Source: Squalus acanthias
Taxonomy: Eukaryota
Length of the DNA: 64,000 nucleotides
Direction: 5' to 3'
Assembly (NCBI GenBank): GCA_030390025.1
Contig: CM059433.1
Span: 372,001-436,000, forward strand
Each line of letters begins with the position of its first letter. Positions within the stretch are counted from its first letter, which is position 1. Under the pieces are notes generated by a model that did no database searches, had not been told where the DNA came from, and worked only from the letters and a program-made list of their open reading frames with translations. This document shows positions 11,492 to 24,254 of this stretch, in pieces. The translations under genes and the position numbers were made by a program.

Positions 11492-13252
11492 GGCTGGAAT
11501 TCTTCGGGGTGTCAGCGGGCGAGATCGGTGGCTGGTCGGGTGGGAAAGTGTTTTATTTTTGACAGCGGGTCAGGAGCCTGCTGTCAACCCGCCGCAACGC
11601 GCCTTTCCCAATGTCGGGTCTGTCAGCGCTGAGCAGACCCGACAGGCAGCGGCAGACGACCCAATTAAACTAATTATAATATACTTACCAGACCCTTAAC
11701 AGGCTTTTTTACCTTAATTTTTAACGTTAACTTCATGGTCACGGGAACCATGCTGTTCGGTGACCACGTCTGTCAACCTGAGGTGGGGGTTCAGTGGCCA
11801 TTGCTCCAGCTGATTACTTGACGGCTTCAATGTACAGTAAAAGCTCCCACCTGACCGAGATCAGTTTCCTCAGCCACAAGCTGTTCCTCACTACATTTCC
11901 ACAACAGATTCAGCAAGTCTTTACACAAGTCTCCATCTAGTCTGACCTCATTACCTCTCTCGCCATTGACAGATCGTTTCTGTCATCTGTACTTCATCTG
12001 CCATCTATTCCATCAGCATGGGTGCCGTTTATACTGTCTCACCTTGGTCCTCGGAGCTCATCATGGTCTGATTCTAACACCAGCAGCACCAACAACAACA
12101 CCAACCTTCTCTGCAATCACCTGATGCTGCACAGGACACAGGGCATCAGCAACCGAGCACCTCGCTGCCCAGGAGGCCAGGGATGGCCTCATCATGGCCA
12201 GAATTACTTAACTTTACACTGTGCACCCTGGCTACCACATGATGCACCAAGTTGGCACCACCTCACACCAACACCGTGAAGCATCCATACAATAACCAAG
12301 CCATTCCTTTCACACTCATCACCATTGCGAGGGGTACCGTTATGTCTCACCATTCACTGCAACTCACTAAGCCACTTCCAAAGGTGCACACAAATCTGTC
12401 CAAGACCGGAAAGTGTTGAAAATAAAGATTTCAGTGTTTGACACCATCATTGGTAGTAAAGCGCTTTGAGACATCCGGTGGTCGTGAAAGACGCTATATA
12501 AATGCAAGTCTTTGTTTTATTAATAGAAACTTTACATAAACATTGGATAAAACACCCTAATGGCTACCCTTGTGTGTTGTTAGTTGGTACGATTGCACTA
12601 GGATGAGGGTGAGTGTGAGGGGTGGCTAGTGAGATGGGGATGTGATAATGTAGATAGAGAAGGATGGGTGGAGGTGCAAGGTAGGTTGGTGTGAGTAAGG
12701 ATGTGCAGGAGTAGGATAGGGAAGGCAGAGTGATGGGGCTATGATGAGTGGCACAGAAGGATGAGGTTGAGTTTGGCTTTGTACTAATGTTTCGTGATCT
12801 AATGATATCATTGAAAGTTTTGTGTCACTGCACCCAGGTCCTCCTGACCACATCCCTGTTTGTGCCCTCCTGTGCAATGTGCAACCAGGCTGTTTTGGTC
12901 TCCTGGGGCAGTGTCTTCTGCCTATGGGAAGGGAAGAGGACCTCCCTGTGTGCTCTGACTCTGAGTCATGGGAGAACCTGGGTGCAGCCCTGCACCTCTG
13001 TGCAGTCATTGTCAGTGTTTGCAGCACTTCAGTGCTGTGGAACACTGACAGCACAAATGTCAAAATAAAGTTGGCCATGGTCCCTTTAAGGAAACCGGCT
13101 GATGACACGTCATGAATGATGTCACCAGACCCGCTTCCTCTAATTGGGCTGGGAAATGCGCTGGGTGGGCTTAACAAGCCCTACCAACGTAAATTAATTT
13201 TATGCCGCCCCCGCCACCAACATCGCCCGCCGAGGTAAGGAAAATCCCGGCC
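11492..13252. mobile_element. Degenerate non-autonomous Harbinger-type element with Myb/SANT exon remnant (-) and acidic/polyQ ORF remnant (+)
   Basis: TIR-like GGCTGGAATTCTTC/GGAAAATCCCGGCC with TTT TSD; AAPRFS... Myb-like remnant ~12790-13010 (-); ATGGGT..CAGCAC/CAACAA-rich stretch at 12018-12110 (+). Confidence 0.7.
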
Positions 13253-13284
13253 TTTGTGTTGATATTGTCATTGGGAAGTAAGTA

Positions 13285-13715
13285 TCAGTGTGGCTCAGTT
13301 GTTACTGAGTCAAAGCAAATTGCAAGTTCATGTCCCACTCCATGACTTCAGTGCATTAGATAAGCTGGTGGTTCATTGCAGTACTGGGGCAGTGCTACAT
13401 TTTTGGAGGTACTGTCTGTCAGTTGAGGTGCTAAATCAACGTGTAGTCTGCCTGTTCCTGTGATTCAAGTGGATGTCAAAGATCTCATGGCGCTATTGGA
13501 AGAAGATTAGCGAGTTTTTTTGGTGCACTAGCCAACTTTCCTCCCTGAAACAGTGCCACCAAAAACAAGCTAATGGTCTTGCCTGTTTGTGGGATGTTGC
13601 TGTGCTATTTTCATCTACACAACAGTCATTGTGCTTCAGAGTAATCCAATGTATATGAAGTGCTGTGGGATGTTCTTTGTGAGAGCTGTGATAAGGTCTA
13701 TGTAAATCGAAGTTC
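13285..13715 (+). mobile_element. Degenerate Deu-SINE (SacSINE1/AmnSINE1-like)
   Basis: tRNA-like head GTGGCTCAGTTG; Deu-domain-like GTGGATGTCAAAGATCTCATGGCGCTATT; homologous to 21205-21625. Confidence 0.65.
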
Positions 13716-15640
13716 CTTCTAAGGATGCAATCATGGTGGGAAAGGGATTAATTTCCTCACCTTCCCCAAATGTATTTGTTATGGATTATGTCCTCCTCCT
13801 CCCTGTTCCAAATCTCATAGTGTCCCTTGATGTTTCTCTCTCCCCTCACTCAACTCTTAATATATGATTGTATCTCTGACCATTGAATCCATCTCTTTTG
13901 GTGGTGTGTATGACCTCTGGCGGCAGCACCTTCTTTGTTTACATTGCTGGCTTGCAAGTGGGTGCAAATTGTAAATTTAAATGCAGTATAACTGCTGTTG
14001 GCTTTGCTAGACCACACCTGGAAGATGTTGATGCTGACACTGGGGAATCTGAAATTTTGAAGTGTTGCCTTTGCCAGGACGAATGGCGTTCACCATGATG
14101 ACCACAGAAATTTGCCAAAAATTAATTTATTAATGCCTCATAGTCCTCATGTTTATGAACTTTTCTTGATGCGCAGGTCATACAGAAGCTTATTCTTCAC
14201 AGTAGTGTCCAAACCTTTTGATTTTATGAGCTACATAGGTACGTACCATGGAACCTTGTGAGCTGCATATAAAGTTTAAATCAATGTTCCCATAAGTTTG
14301 AATATACCTCAAGCTACAGATACTAACAGATCTCGGTGTTTGGATTTAGGATTTATCTACGATGAGGCAACAGAACCATGAGCATCTCTATTTAAACCTC
14401 CACGGCCAAGAAATTATAACAGGACAAACTGGTACTTGGAAAAATATAAGTGCAATGAAAAGGCATGGGTTAATCAAGGAGAGCCAACATGGATTTGTTA
14501 AAGGCAAATCGTGTCTGACTAATTTGATTGAATTCTTTGATGAGGTAACAGAAGATTGATCAAGGTATAGCAGTAGATGTTGTATATATGGACTTTCGGA
14601 AGGCATTCAACAAAGTGCCACACAAGAGGCTTATAAAGAGCAAGAGGATAATTTAAAGCAAGAGTAGGGCCGATTAGAGACCAAAATTGGAAGGTTGTGT
14701 GTGGAGGCGGAAGACGTGGGTATGGTTCTTAATGAATACTTTGCATCTGCCTTCACAAAAGAGAGGGATAATGCAGACATTGTAGTTAAGGAGGAGGAGT
14801 GTGAAATATTAGATGAAAGAAACATAGTGAGAGAGGAAGTATTAAGGGGTTTAGCATCTTTGAAAGTAGATAAATTGCCAGGCCCGGATGAAATGTATCC
14901 CAGGCTGTTAACAGAAGCAAGACAGGAAATAGTGGAGACTCTGACCATCATTTTTCAATCCTCTCTGGCTACCTGGACAAGTGTGGATTATTTAAGGAAA
15001 GCCAGCACAGATTTGTTAAAGGCAAATCGTGTTTAACTAACTTGATCGAGTTTTTTGATGCGGTAACAGAGAGGGTTGATGAGGGCAATGCGGTTGATGT
15101 GGTGTACGTGGACTTCCACAAGGCGTTTGATCAAGTGCCACTTAATAGGCTTGCCAGCAAAGTTGAAGCCCATGGAATAAAAGGGACAGTGGCAGCATGG
15201 ATACGAAATTGGCTAAGTGACAGGAAACCGAGAGTAGTGGTGAACGGTTGTTTTTCGGACTGGAGGAAGATATACAGTGGTGTTCCCCAGGGGTTGGTAG
15301 TAGGACCACTGCTTTTCTTGATATATATTAATGACTTGGACTTGGACTTGGGTGTACAGGGCACAATTTCAAAATTTGCAGATGATTCAAAACTTGGAAT
15401 TATAGTGAACAGTGAGGAGGAAAGTGATGGACTTCAAGAGGACATAGACAGGCTGGTGGAATGGGCGAACACGTGGCAGATGGAGTTTAACGCAGTGCGA
15501 AGTGATGCATTTTGGTAGGAAGAACGAGGAGAGGCAATATAAACTAAAGGGGCTGCATGAACAGAGAGATCTGGGGGTATGTGTGCACAAATCATTGGAG
15601 GTGGCCGGGCAGGTTGAGAAAGCAGTTGAAAAAGCAAATG

Positions 15641-15815
15641 GTCAAAATCCTGGAACTCCCTCCCTAACCGCACTGTGGGAGTACCTTCACCACACGGACT
15701 GCAGCGGTTCAAGAAGGTGGCTCACCACCACCTTCTCGAGGGCAACTAGGGATGGGCAATAAATGCTGGTCTTGCCAGCGACGCCCACATCCCATAAAAA
15801 CGAATAATTTTTTTT
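15641..15815 (+). mobile_element. 3' end fragment of the second LINE family, nested in CR1
   Basis: Matches 39416-39590 (SWNSLPN...GGGATGGGCAATAAATGCTGG). Confidence 0.8.
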
Positions 15816-15838
15816 AATCCTGGGCTTTATAAATAGAG

Positions 15839-16506
15839 AGGTCGCACAACACCAGGTTATAGTCCAACAGTTTTATTTGAAATCACAAGCTTTCGGAGCT
15901 ATCTTCTTGCTCCTTCCTCAGGTGAAGTAAATTAGATACAGAATCGCCAAAGCATATATAGATAGAGAACAAAGCATGTGTACCTTACAATTGCAGACCA
16001 CTAAATTAAATCATCCTGACTATCTGCCGAGGTGTGATAAAGTTAATCAAGTCAGCCAGGAAGGTACCACATCAAAGACATGGCAAGATACAACTGAGAC
16101 AATGAGGTGTAGTCGCAGGGGTTCGAACGTGTCAAAAGCTGCCGTCTGTATGTAAAACGAAAAGCTTTAAAATTTTTACTTTTTTACTGGGAAAATTTTT
16201 ACTTTTTTACTGGGAATCACATCTGTGAACAAGCCAACGACGACTCGAGTCCGGATCACGTCATGTATCGTGACATAAACCCAAGATCCCGGTTGAGACC
16301 GTCTTCATGAGTGCGGAACTTGGCTATCAGTTTCTGCTCGATGATTTTGCGTTGTCGTGTGTTTCTAAGGTTGCCTTGGAGAACGCTTACCCGCAGATCC
16401 GAGGCTGAATGTCCTTGACTGCTGAAGTGTTCCCCGACTGGGAGGTAACAATCCTGCCTGGCGATTGTTGCGCGGTGCTCGTTCATACGTTGTCTCAGTG
16501 TCTGCA
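15839..16506 (-). mobile_element. 5'-truncated PLE copy of the same family as 5751-7293, nested in CR1
   Basis: GIY-YIG C-terminus (ORF 16256-16537); TSD TATAAATAGAG at 15828-15838 and 16507-16517. Confidence 0.88.
15883..15925 (-). ncRNA. Minimal hammerhead ribozyme (PLE type)
   Basis: TCAC-CTGAGGA-A-GGAGC-AAGAAGATA-GCTCC-GAAA-GCTT-GTGA; differs from the other copies only at the variable N7 position and loop II. Confidence 0.8.
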
Positions 16507-16522
16507 TATAAATAGAGGCATA

Positions 16523-17146
16523 GGGCTGGATTTTCAATGACCCGTGGAATTGGGTTTGGAGGCGTGTGGGGGGTTAAAGTTGCAGATTCGGGGGTCCCGA
16601 CCCCATCCCGCCTCCACGCAATTTTGATATCGTGTGCGGTGTTCCCGACTCCGTCCCGCCTCCAAGAGGCGGGAGAGGCCATTAAAGCCCTTAACAAGCC
16701 CTAAATTGGCTCTGTAATGCCATTTTGAAACATTTTAGCTAGTTTAACGCTTTTCTGACGTGAAGCACGCCTGATGTGAAACACGCCAGTGAAACCTGGC
16801 GGGAGCACAAGTGGATAGCTGACTATCAGCTGCAGGTCCACTATTACAATGGAGATGTGATGAAGGTAGCAGTAGTATTAGGTCTGAAAGTCGCCTCTGA
16901 TGCTGCTGCATTGAATGTCTTCAGAGACTGCCGGGGCCTTTGGAGGACCTGGATGGAAAAAAATCTCTCTCTCTCTGACCTACAATGATGACATCATCAG
17001 AGGCGACTTTCAGACTGGAACCACTAATTGGTTCATGGGTTCCCACGTGCTGGAACTCAATTGCCAAATTAAGTGAAAATTGCATCAATCTCCCACATCC
17101 AATTTCAGGCGGGTGGATGACCCGACCCCAAGACAAAATCCAGCCC
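16523..17146. mobile_element. Harbinger-like MITE nested in CR1
   Basis: TIR GGGCTGGATTTT/AAAATCCAGCCC; ATA TSD; subterminal sequence similar to the 3.2 kb elements. Confidence 0.85.
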
Positions 17147-17714
17147 ATAGAGTACAAAAGCAAGAAAGTTATGATGAACCTGTATAAAACATTGGTTCGG
17201 CCTCAACTGGAGTATTGTGTTCAATTCTGGGCACTGCACTTTAGGAAGGATGTGAAGGCCTTAGACAGGGTGCAGAAAAGATTTACAAGAATGGTTCCAA
17301 GGATGTGGCACTTCAGTTACGTGGATTGGCTGGAGAAGCTGAGGTTGTTCTCCTTAGAGCAGAGAAGGTTGAGAGGAGTTTTGATAGGTGTTCAAAATCA
17401 TGAGGGGTCGAGACAGAGTAGATAGTGAGAAACTGTTCCCATTGGCGGAAGGGTCGAGAACCAGAGGACACAGATTTAAGGTGATTGGCAGAAGAACCAA
17501 AGGTGACATGAGGGAAAATGTTTTTACGCAGCGAGTGGTTATGAACTGAAATGCACTGCCTGAAAGAGTGGTGGAGGCAGACTCAATCGTGGCTTTCAAA
17601 AGTAGACGCAGAGCTGGAAAGTGGGATTAGGCTGGATACCTTTTTTTCGGCCGGCACAGAGATGATGTGTCGAATGGCCTCCTTCTGTGCCATAAATTTC
17701 GATGATTCTATTAA

Positions 17715-18812
17715 GAATATAGAAGCCCATGGAATTAAGGCGACAGTGGCGGTATGGATACGAAATTGGCTGTGTCAGGAAGCAAAGGGTGGTGGATGGA
17801 TGCTTTTTAGGCTGGGAGATGGTTTGCAGTAGTGTTCCCCAAGGGTCAATTTTGGGCCCATTACTCTTCACTTTTCTAAACACCCTAGACTCCGGTGTAG
17901 GGAGCAGCATTATAAAGTTTGCAGATGATACGGAACTTGGCAAAGTACTAAATAGTGATGAGGATAGTTATAGGCTTCAGGTTGGTAAAATGGGCTGAAC
18001 CATGGCAGATGGAGTTCAATGTGGCGAAGTGTGAAGTGATGCACTTTGAGAGGACTAATATGGAAAGACAGTATACTATAAATGACACGATTCTGAAGAG
18101 TGTAGATGAGCAGAGAGACCTTGGTGTCCATATACACAAATCCTTAAAGGTGGCAGGGCAAGTTGATAAGGTAGTTTAAAAAAGCATATGTGTTACTTGG
18201 GTTTATGAATAGAGGATTAGAATATAAAAGTAAAGAGATCATGGTAGAACTTTATAAATCACTGGTTAGGCCTCAGCTGGAGTATTGTTGACAATTCTGG
18301 GCACCACACTTCAGGAAAGATGTAAAGGCCTTAGAAAGGGTACAGAGGAGGTTTACCAGGATGTTACCAGGGATGAAGGACTTATGGGGAGAGGTTGGGA
18401 AAAGTTAGGACTGTTCTCCTTGGAGAAAGTTAAGAGGTGACCTAATAGAGGTTTTCAAGCTGATGTGAAGTTTTGATCGAGTAGCTCGAGAAAAACTATC
18501 CCCTCTGGCGAGTGGGTCAATAACCAGAGGTCATAGATTTAAAAGCATTGGCAAAAAATCTGGAGGGGAGATGAGATTTTTTTTCACTGAGTTGTTGGGA
18601 TCTGGAACGCTCTACCTGAAAGGAGGCGGAAGCTAATTCCGTAATTAATTTTAAAAGTGAGTTGGACAGGTACTTGAGGATGAGGAAGTTACAGGGTTAC
18701 AACAGACTAAAAGTGGGGATGTGGTGCTAAGCACGACTGCTTTTTCAAAGAGTCAGCACGGGCATGACTAGCTGAATGACCTCCTTCTGTGCTCTTAAGT
18801 TTCTATGATTCT
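17715..18812 (+). mobile_element. CR1 3' fragment (degenerate RT to 3' UTR)
   Basis: VPQGSILGPLLF, KFADDT, WQMEFNVAKCEVMHF. Confidence 0.85.
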
Positions 18813-19487
18813 GCGAATTAGGCTTTGTGGACCAAATTGCCAGGGCTCATGGGCTCGATATAGCTCATGGACTGTAGTTTGGACACCCTGTTCTAGCTGG
18901 TTGAACATGAAGTGCACTTATGGTAATGACTATGTGAGAGTGTTAATAACAGGGAAGCAGGTTTCAGGTGACACTTTGTCAAAACCATCTACAACCCACT
19001 CACTTCCAGTAAGAATCTATTTGGCTTTTACTGCTTTAATGCATAATTAATGTGACAAAGTGATTACAACACAGTAGGAAGGTACGCTCCGCTCGTCCAA
19101 TCCCAAATTTTGTATTAGTAATTAAAATGAGAGGTTTCTCACTTTTAGTTCTTTCTAGGTACAGGCAATAAATTCCATTTTCAATCTATTTCAATGTTGG
19201 ATCTTGGTCTACTTTTTATCTTCTAAACAAAATAGTCAAAATCTCAGTAATATAAAAGCAGACTGTAATGGGTAACCTTTTCAGTCTTTTACTATTTTTT
19301 TTACAAACAAAAGAATGGTGAGAAAAGACCATCAAACACACCCATCTGGATAATGGTGAAACCTTACGCATTGTTCACCTACCCCCTAACAATGCCATCT
19401 CATGGGATAGCAGAAACCCAGGGGGGAAAGAAACAGTGGCCAGTCCAAGAAAAACTCTGGGAAATTCCTCTGATTCCCAAGGAAAAT

Positions 19488-20066
19488 GGGCTGAATCTTA
19501 ACCCCCAAAAACGGGTGGGTTGGGATCGGGTGAGATGTTAAAACTTGAATAAAATCTCAAACCTGCCTTCAACCTGTCCACTGCCGGGTTTAATGCAAGC
19601 AGGACAAGGGGCGGGCAGCCAACTCGCTCCCGTTGTTGGTCAATGAAATATTTTAATGAGGCTGGCAGCATCTGATTTAATTGACTTTCCAGGTTTAACC
19701 CTGGCCGGCCAGCTTTCCAAGGCCTCGGGAAACCTGGCAGCTGAAGGGAGGCGAGGACAGATTTGGGGAGAAGGGAAGTGCTTCCCCCTGATCTCCCCCT
19801 CCCCCCTCCCTCCATCAGATCCCCATCGGGGATCAACTCTCCCCAACCCCACCCCCCGGCATTCCCACTAGCAGCAGCAGCTGCGGCCTGCTCCAGAGTG
19901 CTTCCCCGCCCAACTGGCTGACTTCCAGGTGGGGATCCTGTCAAAGAAAAACTACGCACGCTGTGGAGTCAAAACTGCACAGCATGCAGGGAAATCCGAA
20001 CTTCTGGGTTTCCTGACAGAAACTCCGCCCCCTCGCCTGCGCAGCCCATCCTGTCAAGATCAGAGC
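19488..20066. mobile_element. Degenerate Harbinger-like MITE
   Basis: Starts GGGCTGAATCTT after AAT; right end AAGATCAGAGC is degenerate; GC-rich interior. Confidence 0.4.
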
Positions 20067-20329
20067 AAGTAATGCAGCTTGCAAGAGACCTTGGTATTCC
20101 ATAACTCCTCATGGTCACAGCTATTCTTTACAACTGAAATGGTCTCTTTTCTCAAAGAGCTTGTCAAATTCCCTGTTAATTAACTGTGGGGAACTTTACC
20201 CAATGCATATTTAAGTAGTTTGTTCCAGAAGGTATTAACTCACTCTGAAAATAAATATTTTATGTCATCTAACCTAACTTTTTGCCTACAGTTCTTTATA
20301 GGGGTGATCTCCAATCCTATCACCGCTTT

Positions 20330-20690
20330 ACATTTCGAATGCCCTATCTAACCACAAGTCCAAAGCTTTCATTTTAAAATCCTTAATCATATCCTTTCTA
20401 CTCCTTCTTCTCTCTAAAGTAAATAACCCTAATTCTTGGAGTCTACTCTCATAAATTAGCAATTTAAAGTTAAGTTTCATCCTGGTCATCATCCTTGGTA
20501 CCCTCTCCAGCGCCTCTATGTATTCACTGTGTGCGGACACAAAAAGTGGACATAATAGTCCCAAGGGCAGACATACCAGAGGCTTATATAACTCTAACTC
20601 CCAAAGTGGTCATAAGTCAGATATTCCTAATAGCTTCTGGACAACTGGTGCCAAATTCCTGCGCCTATAATTACCAGGGTCTGATTTCTT
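20330..20690 (-). mobile_element. Old CR1-like RT C-terminal remnant
   Basis: IEALERVPR...YESRLQELGLFTLERRR. Confidence 0.65.
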
Positions 20691-21204
20691 CCTCATAAAT
20701 AATGGGATTGCATGAGCTTCCTCAAGTCCATGTGTACCAACCCAGACATTAGTGAACTGTTGAATATATGAGCCAGTGACTTACATAAAACATCCTCCAT
20801 TTCATTTAGCATTCCGGAGTAGATGGAGTTAGGTCCAGCAGGACTATACGCTTTAAGCGCATTAATCTAAAAACATTTCTACAAGTGGTTCAGTCTCAAA
20901 AGTTGAATAAACCATTAATAGAGAAGCTGTTTTTATTTATTAATATTAGTAAGGAAATGCACCCTCGTGGAAATATTCCAAATAATCTGTTGTGCCAGTG
21001 GAAATGGTTGAGTTTATTAATTAAATGAATGCGTTGGAAATAGTCATATCATGTTTAATCTTCCAGTACGGTGCTTCTGATCAGTTCTGCTAGCGAAAGG
21101 TACAGTTTTCAAATGATAACGAGTAGCATCAAAAGTATCTTCTTAATCAGAGAGGTGCACTGCTTCATAGCCATTGATTGTGTGTTGTTACTCCATTAGG
21201 AGGG

Positions 21205-21625
21205 AGAAAGAAAGAAATACTTGCATTTATATAGCGCCTTTCACTACCACCGGACATCTCAGCCGATTAAGTACTTTTGAAGTGGAGTCACTGTTGTAAT
21301 GTAGGAAACGCGGCAGCCAATTTGCGCACAGCAAGCTCCCACAAACAGCAATGACCAAATAATCTGGTTTTTTGGATGAGGGATAAATATTAGCCAGGAC
21401 ACCGGGGATAACTCCCCTGCTCTTCTTCAAAATAGTGCCATGGGATCTTATACGTTCACCTGAGAGAGCAGACAGGGCCTCGGTTTTAACATCTCATCCG
21501 AAAGACGGCACCTCCGACAGTGCAGCACTCCTTCAGCACTGCACTGGAGTGTCAGCCTAGCTTTATGTGCTCAACCTTCTGACTCAGGGGCGAGTGTGCT
21601 ACCAACTGAGCCACAGCTGACACTT
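21205..21625 (-). mobile_element. Deu-SINE (SacSINE1/AmnSINE1-like)
   Basis: tRNA-like head TGTGGCTCAGTTGGTAGCAC; Deu domain GTCGGAGGTGCCGTCTTTCGGATGAGA...GATCCCATGGCACTATT; tail AAGGCGCTATATAAATGCAAG. Confidence 0.85.
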
Positions 21626-22319
21626 ATAGGGGGAACTTATAGGAGGGAACATAAGGTTTTGTTAGATACTTAAGGTGTGGAATAACAGATGTGGGTTTCC
21701 ATTAGCAGTTTCTCATGTGGTGGGCTACCAATATCATCAACCTTTTGGTGGAGAGGTATGAAGGCTGATGGCAGAATTTGCCTGTTGATACCAAGACATG
21801 GGAAATGTATCGTTTTTAGGGAGGAACAGTTTGGGATGAAAAATAAATGTTAAGTGCTTAACAGGATCGAAGGAGTTCTGTGGCCTTATGACATGCACTG
21901 AGGAAAATCCTTTTTCGAAAAACCTGAGTCTCCAAAAGTAAGCATATAAATAGCCTTCTGCAAAATGCTTTAATCCATGTGTGTGGATTCTAGGTTCTGC
22001 GGTATATCTGTTCTCAATAAGCCAAGACCTGAATGAACCCACTGGGCACACCTTCTTTTCACTGTTAGATCATAGTTATAAGTTTCAATTGGTTAAATAT
22101 GTTCAACATTTTTATCGGACAAACTTGTGATTAAAAGAACTGAAAAATGTTCATATAATGACTGTCCTGCAAAACTTTTTCTTACAAGAAAGAGAGCTCC
22201 TTTTATTTGAGACAGTTACAGCTTATTTCTTAATTATAGATTACAAAATGTTCATGATTGTTGCTATTACTGTGATGCGGTTTGTTCAGAAAATTTATTT
22301 CTATCAAATGTGTCAGAAA

Positions 22320-23530
22320 AATACATCACCAACCCAGTTGAATTTTTTGAGGAGGGAGCTAACATGTTAGATAAGGGAGTGTCTACAGATGTTATTTATA
22401 TGGACTTTCAAAAGGCATTCAACAAGGTTCCACATGAGACACTGTTAATAAAAATGAGACCACATGGAATTGGAGGCAACCTATTGCTTGTATAGGGAAT
22501 TGATCAGGAGGTAGTAGACAGAGAGTAGGGATAATGGGTATGTACTCAAATTGGCAGGATGTGACTAGTGGTGTCCCCCAGGGATCTGCACTGGGGCTAC
22601 AGATTTTCACTATATTTATAAATGACTTGGATGAACGAATAGAGAGCCTTATATCCAAGTTTTCTGACGACACTAAGTTAGGTGGCACAGTAAATAGTGT
22701 AGATGGGGGCAGAAAGTTGCAAAGGGACATTGATAGATGAAGTGAATGGGCAAAGCTATGTGAGAAAGTGTGAGGCCATCCACTTTGGACCCAAGAAGGA
22801 TAGATCACAGTATTTTCTAAATGGCAAGAAGCTAGGAAGTGTGAATGAGCAGAGTGTTGTAGGGGTACAAGTACAGAAATCACGAAAGGCTAGTGGACAG
22901 GTACAAAAAAACGCTAATGGAATGTTGGTCTTTATCTCAAGAGCCCTGGAATACAAAAGGATGGAAGTTACGTTACAGTTGTACGGAGCTGTGGTTAGAC
23001 CCCCCCCCCCCCCCAATCTGGAGCACGGCATTCAGTTCTAGATACCACACCTCAGGAAGGATATATTGGCCTTGGAAGGGGGTGCAGCGCAGATTCACCA
23101 GAATTATACCGGGGCTAAAAGGGTTAAATCATGAGGACAGGTTGCATAGACTAGGCTTGTATTCCCTTGAATATCGAAGATTAAGAGGTGATCTAATTGA
23201 GGTGTTTAAGGTGATTAAAGGATTTGTTAGGGTATAGAGAAACTATTTCCTCTGGTCGGAGAGTCCAGAACAAGGGGCTATAACCTTAAAATCGGAGCCA
23301 GGCCATTCAAGGGTGATGCCAGGAAGCACTTCACACAAAGGGTAGTGGAAATCTGGAACTCTTCCCCCAAAAAGCTGTTGAGGCGAGGTTAATTGAAAAT
23401 TTCAAAACTGACATTTTAGATTTTTGTTAGGCAGGGGTATTAAGGGATACGGAACCAAGGCAGGTAGATGGAGTTAAGATACAGATCAGTCAAGATCTAA
23501 TTGAATGGCGGAACAGGCTCGAGTGGCTGA
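22320..23530 (+). mobile_element. CR1 3' fragment
   Basis: DFQKAF, GVPQGS, FSDDTK, LGLYSLEYRRLRGDLIEVFK. Confidence 0.88.
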
Positions 23531-23664
23531 AGCAGAAGAAGAGAGTATGAGAATCGGCAACAAAAAAACATCAACTTAATTTGAGGTAAATTTGTACCTA
23601 GTCACTATATTTAAGATTAAGTTAACCGGTTTCTGTTTCTTCTCTCCCACCCCGCCCCACTACT

Positions 23665-24100
23665 CTACTGCCCGTATCCTATCTCGCACCAAGTACCACT
23701 CACCCGTCTCTACTGTCCTTGCTGACCTACACTGGCTCCTGATCCTCCAGCACCTCCAAGTTAAAATTCTCATCATTGTATTTAAATCCCTTCCTGGCCA
23801 CACACCTCCCTACTATCTCTATTCCTTTCCAGTCCTACAAACCCACCACTGCCCCCACACCGCCCCTGAGATCTCTCCATTCGTCTGTCTCGGGCCTCTT
23901 GTGCCCCACCATTAGCGGCCATGCCTTCAGCTGTCCAGGCCCCACACTCTGTAATTCCCTTCCTAAACTCTTCCATCTATCCAAATCTCTCTCTTCCTTT
24001 AAGACCTTCCTTAAAACACCACTTTTGTCTGTTAAACCTCTGTCAAGTGCATTGGGACTTTTTTCTATGTTAAAAGCACGATAAAATGCAAGTTGTTCTT
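23665..24100 (+). mobile_element. L2-type LINE 3' fragment
   Basis: SPVSTVLADLHWL, AFSCPGPTLCNSLP; tail ATAAAATGCAAGTTGTT. Confidence 0.75.
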
Positions 24101-24254
24101 GTGGTTGTTGTTGATATGTCACCATTTCTCTCTGGGAGGAAGTTCTTGTAAATCGTCTGTGTTTAAACACTCAATTCTGTAACCAGCCTGATCATCTGAT
24201 TAGATAGCCAAATATAATCTATCCAGCTATTTGTCAGAACTAAGAATTTAGCCG

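Larger units (their letters stand above)
14420..17713 (+). mobile_element. Fragmented CR1 ORF2 region(s) carrying three nested insertions
   Basis: QHGFVKGKSCLTNL, DFHKAFD, GVPQG, KFADD, RPQLEYCVQFW and CR1 3' UTR; internal deletions. Confidence 0.88.

Noticed and set aside
21590..21625. tRNA gene
   Set aside because: Only an A-box-like head attached to a Deu-SINE body; no complete cloverleaf
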